Origin: Candidatus Krumholzibacteriota bacterium
GTDB taxonomy: Bacteria; Krumholzibacteriota; Krumholzibacteriia; LZORAL124-64-63
Assembly: GCA_024275485.1 (NCBI GenBank)
Contig: JAJRZA010000028.1
Span: 9,359-73,358, forward strand
Reading direction: 5' to 3'
Length of the DNA: 64,000 nt
In this document: positions 40,203 to 48,919 of the stretch, piece after piece
Numbering within the stretch: position 1 is the stretch's first letter
Layout: every line of letters begins with the position of its first letter
Notes under the pieces: generated by a model
The model's input: only the letters and a program-made list of their open reading frames with translations
Told to the model about the DNA's origin: nothing
Databases searched by the model: none
Translations under genes and position numbers: made by a program

Positions 40203-41968
40203 TAATCCATTGCCAGACCAAATACTTCCGATCTTCGCATGACAATGGCCGCAGCCAGGAACCGTGGGACATATTCCACTGTTTCCGGCTTCAGACATCC
40301 GCTATCTTTCCCCACCACATCCCAGAACTTCCAGGTGGAGCGCCAATCTCCATATTGTTTCAGGCACCGGGCCATGCCGTTTTCACCTTTGTTGTAGGCA
40401 GCCACGGCACACAGAAAGGCGTTGGGGCCGAACATGTTGAGAAGTGACTCAATATATTGGCAGGCTGCGACAGTGGACTTTTCCGGATCAGTCCGTTCAT
40501 CCACTTCGTCATCGACCCGCAAACCGTAGTTCCGTCCGGTGGACGGCATGAACTGCCAGAGTCCCCGGGCTTTGGCCGAACTGGTGATCGAAGTCTGGTA
40601 GCCGCTTTCGATAAATGGAAGATAGGCAAAAACTTCCGGAAGTCGGTGCTGACGCATTTGATTCTTGATCATATCCAAATGAACCCCGGAACGACGAATC
40701 GTTCGTTCGGTGAACCCCCGCCGGGGGCCAGTCCAGAATTCGATAAAACGAGCCACTTCCACACGCATCTGTTCGGGGATGGGCCGGCGACGAGTGTCGA
40801 TACCGAATTGGGCTACCAGAAGTGAAAGTTCCACGTCCAGGTCAAAAGCGACCACCTGAGGTTCCGATTCCTCCCCGGCCGGAGTTGTGTTTTTGGCAGT
40901 TTCCGTTTCGGGTTCAGCATCATTTCCCAGTTCCGAACCACTGGCTACGGGCGGCGTATCCAATGATTCGTACAGCGCGAAAATTTCCCGACCATTCAAT
41001 TCACGGGCCACTCGATGATCAACCGACACCTGTAGAAATGCCTCCCGAAGATCGGTGTCGGTACCTTCGTCCAGAGGCAAAATGTCTGCAGCCACCAGGG
41101 AACGCTGAGCCACGGCGAACTGAGCCCGGGCCACCTCCGTGTTCCTGGGTTCGTCGTCACACGCCCGCACGGCCTCAACCAGACTTTCGGAAACCTGGGC
41201 CATGTACATCTCCCTGGTCCAGAGACGTTCCACCCCATTGGTACCGGTACGGAACAAAGCCGGCAGGAGAACCGCCAGGACCAGAAGAAAAGCTGCACCC
41301 ACGAGTCCGTTCGTGAGGAATCGGGTGGGAAAAAAGGTTCTTTTCACCCGAAAGGCATGGTCGCCAAAAATGACTTCGTCACCCGGATTCAAATCGGTGC
41401 GCCGGATGGTCTCACCGTTGACCACCGTGCCGTTGCGCGAACCGCTATCCATGATGCTGGTCCGGCCGTTGGCCCTTTCGATCCGGGCATGGATACCCGA
41501 TACCCGGGGTTCATCCAGAACAATGTCGGAAGTGACGTTGCGGCCAACGATGGTCAAATTGCGACGAAGAAAAAAGGACCTGCCACCGGCAACCGGCTGC
41601 AGGCCCAGACAGAAAAAACGGGATTGGAAAGCAGATGACTCCGGCCCGAGAGGCAGATGAGAATTGACCTCAAGGCGAAACTCAATCGTCCCACCAAAAT
41701 TCACCACAGCCCCATCTTCGAGGGCGGACTCCCGGATAGGATCCCCATTGACGAAAGTCCCGTTGAGAGAGCCCTCGTCCCTGACCCACCAGGTTCCATC
41801 CTGATTCCACAGAACTGCGTGACGTCGACTGAGATTGGGATCGTCAATGATCAAGCAGTCCGACCCCTGCCGCCCCAAAACAAGAGGTGAACCGAGAGAA
41901 AGGTTGATGGCGGGTAATTGGTTTCCAGGTCCCGGCACAAGACGGGCCACAGTTGCATTCGGATTCAT
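40202..41968 (-). CDS. Tandem FHA-domain protein with TM helix and C-terminal lytic transglycosylase (SLT) domain
   Basis: Two FHA domains (LSRRHAVLW...SLNGTFVNG and VSGIHARIE...SRNGTVVNG), TM helix (AAFLLVLAVLLPALF), C-terminal FIESGYQ...GLWQFMPSTG...AYNKGENG SLT motifs. Confidence 0.7.
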   Translation of the reverse strand: MNPNATVARLVPGPGNQLPAINLSLGSPLVLGRQGSDCLIIDDPNLSRRHAVLWNQDGTWWVRDEGSLNGTFVNGDPIRESALEDGAVVNFGGTIEFRLEVNSHLPLGPESSAFQSRFFCLGLQPVAGGRSFFLRRNLTIVGRNVTSDIVLDEPRVSGIHARIERANGRTSIMDSGSRNGTVVNGETIRRTDLNPGDEVIFGDHAFRVKRTFFPTRFLTNGLVGAAFLLVLAVLLPALFRTGTNGVERLWTREMYMAQVSESLVEAVRACDDEPRNTEVARAQFAVAQRSLVAADILPLDEGTDTDLREAFLQVSVDHRVARELNGREIFALYESLDTPPVASGSELGNDAEPETETAKNTTPAGEESEPQVVAFDLDVELSLLVAQFGIDTRRRPIPEQMRVEVARFIEFWTGPRRGFTERTIRRSGVHLDMIKNQMRQHRLPEVFAYLPFIESGYQTSITSSAKARGLWQFMPSTGRNYGLRVDDEVDERTDPEKSTVAACQYIESLLNMFGPNAFLCAVAAYNKGENGMARCLKQYGDWRSTWKFWDVVGKDSGCLKPETVEYVPRFLAAAIVMRRSEVFGLAMD

Positions 41969-42018
41969 TACCCGCCTTTCTTCGGTTTGGGGACCTGCTT
42001 CCGCAGGTCGGGCACAGT

Positions 42019-42879
42019 TTAAAGAGCCAGACTCTTATAGACCAACCTGACCTGCCCCAGCTTGACCTGATCGCCATCCTTGAGAGCGATCTCGGACACC
42101 TTGGAATCGTTGACAAAAAGCCCGTTGAGGGATCCCAAGTCCCGCAACCAATAGGCTCCGTTGCGAAAACTGACCTCCGCATGCTGAGCAGAAATGAACT
42201 TGTCTCCTGGCAGATGAATCTCGCAGGTTGGATTCAGTCCCAAACGGACCGTTCCAGTGGGCAAGCGAAAGTCCTCCCCCCGCAATGGGCCGTCGATGAC
42301 AACCAGCCAGGCTACAATTGCAACGATGCTGACGGGCTTGTTGAGTACCTGGGTAACTTCGTCCGGGGCCAAACCGTTTGGATCATTGGGCAAAGGAGGC
42401 AGTGGCGGAGCAATATCCTGGGACGGTGGTGCGGGCGGCCCGGGTTGAGGTGAGGGGCTTGGTGCTACAGGCGGCCCGGGTGGTGCAGGGGGTCCTGGTG
42501 CGGCGGGCGGCCCGGGTGGTGCGGGTGTCGCTGCCGAAGGAACCGGCGGCACCACGGTAGGCCGGTTGACCATGGTGATGTCATCATCCAGGTAGGACGG
42601 TGCCTGAGGGGGAGGCACAGGCGGATAAGTCGGCGGTCGCGATACCGACTGAGATGGCGGTGTTGAAGGCCGTGTCGGAGGCCGTGTTGGCGGCGGTTCC
42701 GGGTATGGATCCTGATTCGGGGCAGGGGCGTCCGACAAGCCGGGCAGGAACTCCCCACTGGTATCGATGTCTTCGAATTGCAACTCATCAGAATGATCGG
42801 GCGAGTTGTTCCCACGACCTTTCTTCTTTTTGAAAAAATCAAACCCCATGGCCAAGCCCCAACAATCTCTGGAAGTCAT
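42019..42879 (-). CDS. Proline-rich protein with C-terminal FHA domain
   Basis: PAPPGPP-rich low-complexity N-terminal region, C-terminal FISAQHAEV...SLNGLFVND...GDQVKLG FHA pattern. Confidence 0.6.
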   Translation of the reverse strand: MTSRDCWGLAMGFDFFKKKKGRGNNSPDHSDELQFEDIDTSGEFLPGLSDAPAPNQDPYPEPPPTRPPTRPSTPPSQSVSRPPTYPPVPPPQAPSYLDDDITMVNRPTVVPPVPSAATPAPPGPPAAPGPPAPPGPPVAPSPSPQPGPPAPPSQDIAPPLPPLPNDPNGLAPDEVTQVLNKPVSIVAIVAWLVVIDGPLRGEDFRLPTGTVRLGLNPTCEIHLPGDKFISAQHAEVSFRNGAYWLRDLGSLNGLFVNDSKVSEIALKDGDQVKLGQVRLVYKSLAL

Positions 42880-42919
42880 TCCGGGTGTGTGATCACCACG
42901 GCATTGGTTTGTTCATTCC

Positions 42920-45900
42920 TCAGCGTACCAGGGTCATCTTCCCGGTTTGCTGGAATTCGTCGGTTTGCATCCTGCTGAAATAGACGCCGGCCGACACACC
43001 GCGGCCTCCATTATCCAGGCCGTTCCAGGGAACCTCGTGCAAACCGGCTTCAAAATCATCGTCTACCAAATTTCGGACCAGGCGGCCCCTGACATCAAAG
43101 ATGTCCAGGCTGACGTGGCTGGTCCGAGGCAGGGTGAAACCCAGGGTGGTCTTAGGATTGAATGGATTGGGATAGGCCAATCGAAGTGCGAAGGGACGGG
43201 GCAGACTCAGCTCCTGCTCCTGCACGAACCCGGGCTCTCCGACCACCAGGCGCAAGCGGGTTTCTCCACCGCTTGGCACCCGCAAGACAACCTGTTCAGA
43301 TTGACGCAAATCCATTCTTCCGTCCTGGGTCAACAGGTACACCCCGTGTTCTGCTGGGACATCGGCAATGCCTGAAATTTCCAGTTCCATCAGTCCGCCA
43401 CCCAAACGTCGAAGAACCAAATCCCAGGCCACTCCCTCGGTGAAGGGAGCCCTCATATCACGCCGTAAGGCGTGAGTTTTTTCATTTTCGTAAATCTCGA
43501 AAAACAGACTCACGTCACCCGGAAGAGCGGGAGGTTCGAAGGAGTCCAGGGCATCGATCCCGGCTGCCCCTTCCGGGGAAATTGCCGCGATGTTTTGCCG
43601 GTCGAAGCGATCCTCATACTCCACACCCAGGGTTATGGCCCACAAGGTGCTGTCCTGCTTGGGCTCCTTTAATTCGGACCCTACCTCTTTTTTGGTAAAA
43701 ACAGTAGGTGGAATGGTCAGGGTGGAGGAGTTCAACCCGGAGTTGATAACCCAGTACCCCTGCCAGGGGTTCATCAGAGGCACATTGTGCACATAACCAC
43801 CACCGGCCCGGGCCACAAGGTCTGTGCCGATGTTGGGCCCTAGGGTAACGGCCGACCAGGGAATTTCGAAGTTGTAGGGTGTGGCAATCTGATTCCAGCC
43901 AGGTTCCATGGTCACCACAACAGACCCGACAGTGCTGGTGCTCACTCCGGTGGCCGTTACTTGAGCCGAATTCTTGTGGATCAACCAGTAACCGCGACCC
44001 GGAGCATGGGCCGCTATGTTCGGAAATTCGCCATAGGTCGAATTCAGAGGATTCCAGCGTCCAAAACGCCACTTGCTTGGGTCATAGGCCCCAAAAGTGT
44101 TGACCATTATTTCGCCAATGCTCAGGTCGGGAATGAAGGGGATACCCATCATCACGTACTGGTTGGCCACGGGGATATCCAAGGCCTCATCAACCATCAC
44201 CACTGAAGTGAAAGCCGGTTCGGCAGGAGCGCTGGCAGGAAAGAAAACCGGATTACTGCTGGAGCCGCTCGATACAAAGTATTGAAAGCCCAAGTCTCCC
44301 AAAAAATCGCCGGGAACCGTCGCCTCGAAGGTTCCGGTCTTGGCCACACTCTCGGTCATGACCGCGACCTGGTACGTGTCCTCGTCTCTCAAGCGATAAT
44401 GCAGATTCACGGGGAAAGAACCCGGATCACCTTCGATGTTTATGGAAATGGTGTGATCCTGACCTGCATCGGCCGGGCCACTGGAGGGTGCATCAGGGAT
44501 GGCCAGATCCACCTTTTCCCAAGAGGCCACCCGAAATCCGGGATGGTTGCCAGCGGCAGTAAAAGACCCGGCCATAGTCAACAAGTCGCCATCCACCAAA
44601 CTGGACCAGGCCCAATTGTTAAATCCCGAACCTAAAGCATGCCACCGCAAATCACCGTAGAAGGCCACATTCTTCGCCGGTAGACCGCTACCCACATTTG
44701 AGAAAAATCCGCTGACCACAACCCCATTCTGGTAACTCCCTATATGGTAGACATTGCCTCCGACACCTTCAGCAAAAACCGACCAATTGGAATTTGACAA
44801 TCGGACCAAATTGTCTCCACTCGACAATTCACCGAAGGTCTGAAAAATTCCACCCACCAACAAGTCGTTGTTGAAAATCTCAAAATCATAAATGACATTG
44901 CCACCATCAATCTGGGAACCCGGATACACATCCCACCCAGAATCGCCCAAGCGGAGCATGGCGTTTCCCGGCTCGCTGATTTGGCCGCCGACAAGCAGAT
45001 CACCCTGGTATTCGATGGCAGCGATGAGCAGACCAGAAAATCCCCCCATGGGGCTCCAGGAGTTGCCGTCCCAGGCAGCCGTGCACTGGGGTTCACCAAC
45101 AGCAACCAGCTTTCCATCCCAAATGGTGAATCTGACAACACCGTTGCCCGTAGGAGCCCCGACCCCTGCGCCCAGCTGGCGCCACTGGGTGCCATTCCAG
45201 GCGGCAACACAGTTGATGTCCAGACCGTCGATGGACGTGAATCTCCCACCGGCAATCAGTTCCCCATCATAGATGGCAAGATCGAATACCAAATCATTGG
45301 GCCCTTCTGTCTGGTACAAAGGACTCATGGCGTTGCCAGCCCAGTGAGCCAACCTGGTGATGGAGTCGGTTCCGGCAGTTAAGAAGTCCCCGGATAGGGC
45401 AATCCCACCATCCCAGAACTGCAATCCATAGACAGAGGAATCAAGCCCTTGGCCACCATCACTGGTATCAGCAAAAGCAGAAGACCAATGCTGGTCCCCT
45501 TCCTGGCGCAAACCGCCCCAAATGCTAAAGAAATTTCCCTCACCCTGCCCTGTGATCGATTCATCAATCAAGGTCTCCCCATCAAACCGAACGATCAAAC
45601 CATTGTCTCCGACAAAGACGACATCGGTGGAAGAGCTGCCAAAAACATCGTTAACCGCTACTCCAGCAGGCATTCCCACCATCTGACTCCAGGTGGATCC
45701 ATCAAAGTGCAACACGTCAAGGCTTCCGACCACATAGATATCGTTGGGACCTGATCCCCAAACCCCTTTATAGTTCCCCTCGGTCACTGGTATTTCTTCG
45801 CGTTGCCAGGAGTTTCCATCGTAATGCAAAATCACCCCAGCTTGTCCCACTGCGTAGATATTATGGGTGCCGGTTCCCCAGATTCCCTCAAGGTTTGTCG

Positions 45901-46516
45901 TCACACCACTGATCATGGGGGTCAGATTCTCACCGTCGAAGTAGCCAATACTTCCCCCAGATCCCACCATGTACAGGTTTCCGGCAGAAGGGCCCCAAAG
46001 TTCGCGGCCGGCCAACAACAACGAATTGGATGCAGCCAATTCCCAAATATTTCCATCGTAATGGTAAAGGTTCGTTGTATTATTTTCCTGACCTACGGCA
46101 AATACGTCGTTGCGGTCGAAACCCCAAATATCAAAGACCATTCCAGAGAAATCTTCCGGACCCCAAACTCCGTTATGATAGCTAAAGATCCCCCCGCCCC
46201 CGAAACTGTGGCCGGCAATAAAAATATCCTGACCATCGAGACCCCAGATACCACGAAAATCCAAAGGATTTGAGATTTCTAATGCCCAATCGCCACCTTT
46301 GTCGCTCCACAGGCGTTGCCCGTCCCATTCTTCAACGAGGAAATAGTCGAACCCCGATGGGGAAATGGCCTTCTCCCCCAGGATTGCCGGAGGGCTCCCT
46401 TCAAGATTTAATGGGAGAGGATGATCACCGGCTAGGGCGCCAGAATTGGTGATCACCAGAAGAGCGACAACTGAAAGCAAGCAGGAAATGACGAAAAGTG
46501 CTTTCTGGGACAGCAT
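42920..46516 (-). CDS. Large secreted beta-propeller repeat protein with T9SS-type (Por) C-terminal sorting domain
   Basis: Sec signal peptide. Repeated IWG..ndiyaVG..G.i.hYDG..W blades. C-terminus LDIFDVRGRLVRNL...AGLHEVPWNGLDNGGRGVSAGVYFSRM...TGKMTLVR matches the T9SS CTD / FlgD-Ig-like pattern. Confidence 0.6.
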   Translation of the reverse strand: MLSQKALFVISCLLSVVALLVITNSGALAGDHPLPLNLEGSPPAILGEKAISPSGFDYFLVEEWDGQRLWSDKGGDWALEISNPLDFRGIWGLDGQDIFIAGHSFGGGGIFSYHNGVWGPEDFSGMVFDIWGFDRNDVFAVGQENNTTNLYHYDGNIWELAASNSLLLAGRELWGPSAGNLYMVGSGGSIGYFDGENLTPMISGVTTNLEGIWGTGTHNIYAVGQAGVILHYDGNSWQREEIPVTEGNYKGVWGSGPNDIYVVGSLDVLHFDGSTWSQMVGMPAGVAVNDVFGSSSTDVVFVGDNGLIVRFDGETLIDESITGQGEGNFFSIWGGLRQEGDQHWSSAFADTSDGGQGLDSSVYGLQFWDGGIALSGDFLTAGTDSITRLAHWAGNAMSPLYQTEGPNDLVFDLAIYDGELIAGGRFTSIDGLDINCVAAWNGTQWRQLGAGVGAPTGNGVVRFTIWDGKLVAVGEPQCTAAWDGNSWSPMGGFSGLLIAAIEYQGDLLVGGQISEPGNAMLRLGDSGWDVYPGSQIDGGNVIYDFEIFNNDLLVGGIFQTFGELSSGDNLVRLSNSNWSVFAEGVGGNVYHIGSYQNGVVVSGFFSNVGSGLPAKNVAFYGDLRWHALGSGFNNWAWSSLVDGDLLTMAGSFTAAGNHPGFRVASWEKVDLAIPDAPSSGPADAGQDHTISINIEGDPGSFPVNLHYRLRDEDTYQVAVMTESVAKTGTFEATVPGDFLGDLGFQYFVSSGSSSNPVFFPASAPAEPAFTSVVMVDEALDIPVANQYVMMGIPFIPDLSIGEIMVNTFGAYDPSKWRFGRWNPLNSTYGEFPNIAAHAPGRGYWLIHKNSAQVTATGVSTSTVGSVVVTMEPGWNQIATPYNFEIPWSAVTLGPNIGTDLVARAGGGYVHNVPLMNPWQGYWVINSGLNSSTLTIPPTVFTKKEVGSELKEPKQDSTLWAITLGVEYEDRFDRQNIAAISPEGAAGIDALDSFEPPALPGDVSLFFEIYENEKTHALRRDMRAPFTEGVAWDLVLRRLGGGLMELEISGIADVPAEHGVYLLTQDGRMDLRQSEQVVLRVPSGGETRLRLVVGEPGFVQEQELSLPRPFALRLAYPNPFNPKTTLGFTLPRTSHVSLDIFDVRGRLVRNLVDDDFEAGLHEVPWNGLDNGGRGVSAGVYFSRMQTDEFQQTGKMTLVR

Positions 46517-46731
46517 GGAAAACCCTCCAATTGGTGTAGGAACTTCTTTTTACAATTTTACCTTACCTGAAGGGTCTCCCCCTGTCAAAAGTCAAACTCC
46601 CTAAAACAAACATAAATTTACCCCAATTGGCGAGTCGGGTTCGACATCAATGTATCAAAATGGCACGCCAGCCCTGTTGGTCCAGTGGGGCCAGCTGCCA
46701 TAAATGGTCAACAGCCATTATTGGCATTTTC

Positions 46732-48897
46732 CTAGTTCTGGATAATTTTTGAACCCTTGAGAACGACATCTCCAGAACCTTTGACGCTTATCTTTTTTCC
46801 ACTGAGAGTGATGTCCCCGTTCTTCTTCAGCACGAACTTGGCACTCCCAACCTTGATGCTCAACTCGTCCTTGGCCTCGATTCCAATTTTCTTGGCCTTC
46901 AGAACCCAGCCGTCCTTGGTCTGCCAAGCTGATGAACCATCCACACTGATGGTGAGATTTTTTCCGACGGTGACGGAGCTATCTTTCCCCACGGTGATGC
47001 TTTGGCTTTCTCCAACGTTGGTGGAATCGTTTTTCCCGACATCAAGAGATTTGTTTTTCCCAACAGTAAGGGAATTGTTGTCGCTTACCGATACTGTTCG
47101 ATTCTTTCCAACGGTCCCCGAATAATTCTCTGCCACACTCAAATCCATATTTTTGCCGACGGTCTCACTGCAACTGCCACCAACCGATACGGACCGGTCC
47201 GCCCCCACCGAAAGGTTCATTTTTTCACCGACGGACTCCTGATGGTCGCTACCCACGGTGATCGATTTGTTTTTTCCGATCGTACTGGTCTGATCGGCCC
47301 CCACGTCCTCGGTATCATTATTCTCCACCACCCGCTTCATGTCCTTCTCGGCATGAATATAAATTTCCTCGCTGTCCTTCATATCCTCAAAACGGATCTG
47401 GTTGAAGTTTTCGCCAGTACCTTTCTTGGTGCTGCGAGTCAGGATACCGCTCTGGGTTGGTCCGTCGAAGGGAATGGGCTGGGCCGCATTGTAAACCCGG
47501 CCCGTTATCAAGGGACGGTCCGGGTCCCCGTCCAGGAATTCCACCACCACTTCCTGACCCAATCTCGGGTGGAAGAGAATTCCCCATTTCTTGCCGGCCC
47601 AGTTCTGGGACACCCGCACCCAGCAGGAACTGTTTTCATCTGCTTTGCCATATCTGTCCCAGCAAAATTGAACCTTCACGCGTCCGTGCTTGTCCACATA
47701 GATTTCTTCGCCATCGGGCCCCACAACCAGGGCCGTCTGAGCTCCGGGAATACTGGGGCGCGGTGTAAACCGGATCGGCCGAAAGGGCACGTCGTTGGGA
47801 ATGCAGGTAATCTGATTCCCGTAACGTGCCGGTTCATCCGACTCCCCGGCCAAGGAGGATCTCTGTTCCAGATCATGGGTAACGGCGACCAACAACCACG
47901 ACCGGTTGAAGTCTTTCCTGGGATGCCCATCCAGGCTGAAATAGAATCCCGGCAGGAAAAAGCGACACTTGCTGGCCCCGTTGGCAACGATGGCCCTGGC
48001 ATCACCTTCTTCCATGCGCAGCTTCACCAGGGATTCTCCCTTGGCCAGCTTGCCCTCCTCTTCACCACCCAGGTTCACGAACTTCCCAGGATAGTCGAAG
48101 ATCTCGTACCCGTCGGTTCCACTCTGGCTCAGTGTGCTGAAAGATTCGACCGAAAGGTCGGTGGTCGGATCGAAAAAATTGAAATCAGTCATGGAGTAGC
48201 GACCTGGCTGCAACACCTCTTCTACCCGCCAGGAATGAACCCGATCTTGGCCACCCTCGGTCTGGGCGCCGGTGGTGAACAGAGCCGAGTCCATGCCGGG
48301 AACCGGGCTGCACTGTTCCGCCGAATCTCCCAGCACCAGGACATGCCGGGATTTTTCGTGTTCGAAGAAATAGAAAATTCCTGCGGCTTCCATCAGACGA
48401 CTGACAAATGTAAAATCAGTTTCCTGGTACTGCACACAATTGACCAGGGGATCGTAAGTGCCGCTCAGCCGGATATCGAAATCCGAAAACCCCAGGTTAT
48501 CGAATACAGCCTTGACAATGTCCGGCACAGTCATGTTCTGGAAAATCCGGCAGTCTTTTCGGCGGGAAAGGAACCAAAACCAAGGGACGACTTCAGCCCA
48601 GTAGCGGGCAGTGATCTCAGCCGTCTCCACAGGAACATCCGGAGTATCGATCTGGCAGAATCTGGATACGAAACCATTGATCTGCCGCACCCGATTACCA
48701 GCCAACTCTATTTCCATCGTTACATTTTTACCGATGATATCCTGGAAATCAATGGCGGTATCCTTGGACACCAGGTCCATTTCGAACCTGAAGAGCTCGG
48801 AAATCCCTTCCCTGCCCCTCAACTTGCCGACCAACAACAAGTCATCGGCCAAGGGTGTTTTCAACCGGCATATCTTGTTTTTCTGCAATTCACCCAT
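46732..48897 (-). CDS. vgrG: T6SS spike protein VgrG (TssI), no C-terminal effector extension
   Basis: 721 aa. gp27-like and gp5-like regions (WAGKKWGILFHPRLGQEVVVEFLDGDPDRPLITGRVYN), beta-helix VGxN repeats. Confidence 0.9.
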   Translation of the reverse strand: MGELQKNKICRLKTPLADDLLLVGKLRGREGISELFRFEMDLVSKDTAIDFQDIIGKNVTMEIELAGNRVRQINGFVSRFCQIDTPDVPVETAEITARYWAEVVPWFWFLSRRKDCRIFQNMTVPDIVKAVFDNLGFSDFDIRLSGTYDPLVNCVQYQETDFTFVSRLMEAAGIFYFFEHEKSRHVLVLGDSAEQCSPVPGMDSALFTTGAQTEGGQDRVHSWRVEEVLQPGRYSMTDFNFFDPTTDLSVESFSTLSQSGTDGYEIFDYPGKFVNLGGEEEGKLAKGESLVKLRMEEGDARAIVANGASKCRFFLPGFYFSLDGHPRKDFNRSWLLVAVTHDLEQRSSLAGESDEPARYGNQITCIPNDVPFRPIRFTPRPSIPGAQTALVVGPDGEEIYVDKHGRVKVQFCWDRYGKADENSSCWVRVSQNWAGKKWGILFHPRLGQEVVVEFLDGDPDRPLITGRVYNAAQPIPFDGPTQSGILTRSTKKGTGENFNQIRFEDMKDSEEIYIHAEKDMKRVVENNDTEDVGADQTSTIGKNKSITVGSDHQESVGEKMNLSVGADRSVSVGGSCSETVGKNMDLSVAENYSGTVGKNRTVSVSDNNSLTVGKNKSLDVGKNDSTNVGESQSITVGKDSSVTVGKNLTISVDGSSAWQTKDGWVLKAKKIGIEAKDELSIKVGSAKFVLKKNGDITLSGKKISVKGSGDVVLKGSKIIQN

Positions 48898-48919
48898 GAC
48901 GACTCCAGCCCCCGTTCGT

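Noticed and set aside
46517-46731. TGGCACG motif and GGGTTCGA T-loop-like string in the vgrG downstream spacer (possible sigma-54 promoter or tRNA)
   Set aside because: TGGCACG is on the plus strand with no properly spaced TTGC, and the genes here are minus strand. No acceptor/T-stem complementarity around the T-loop-like string.
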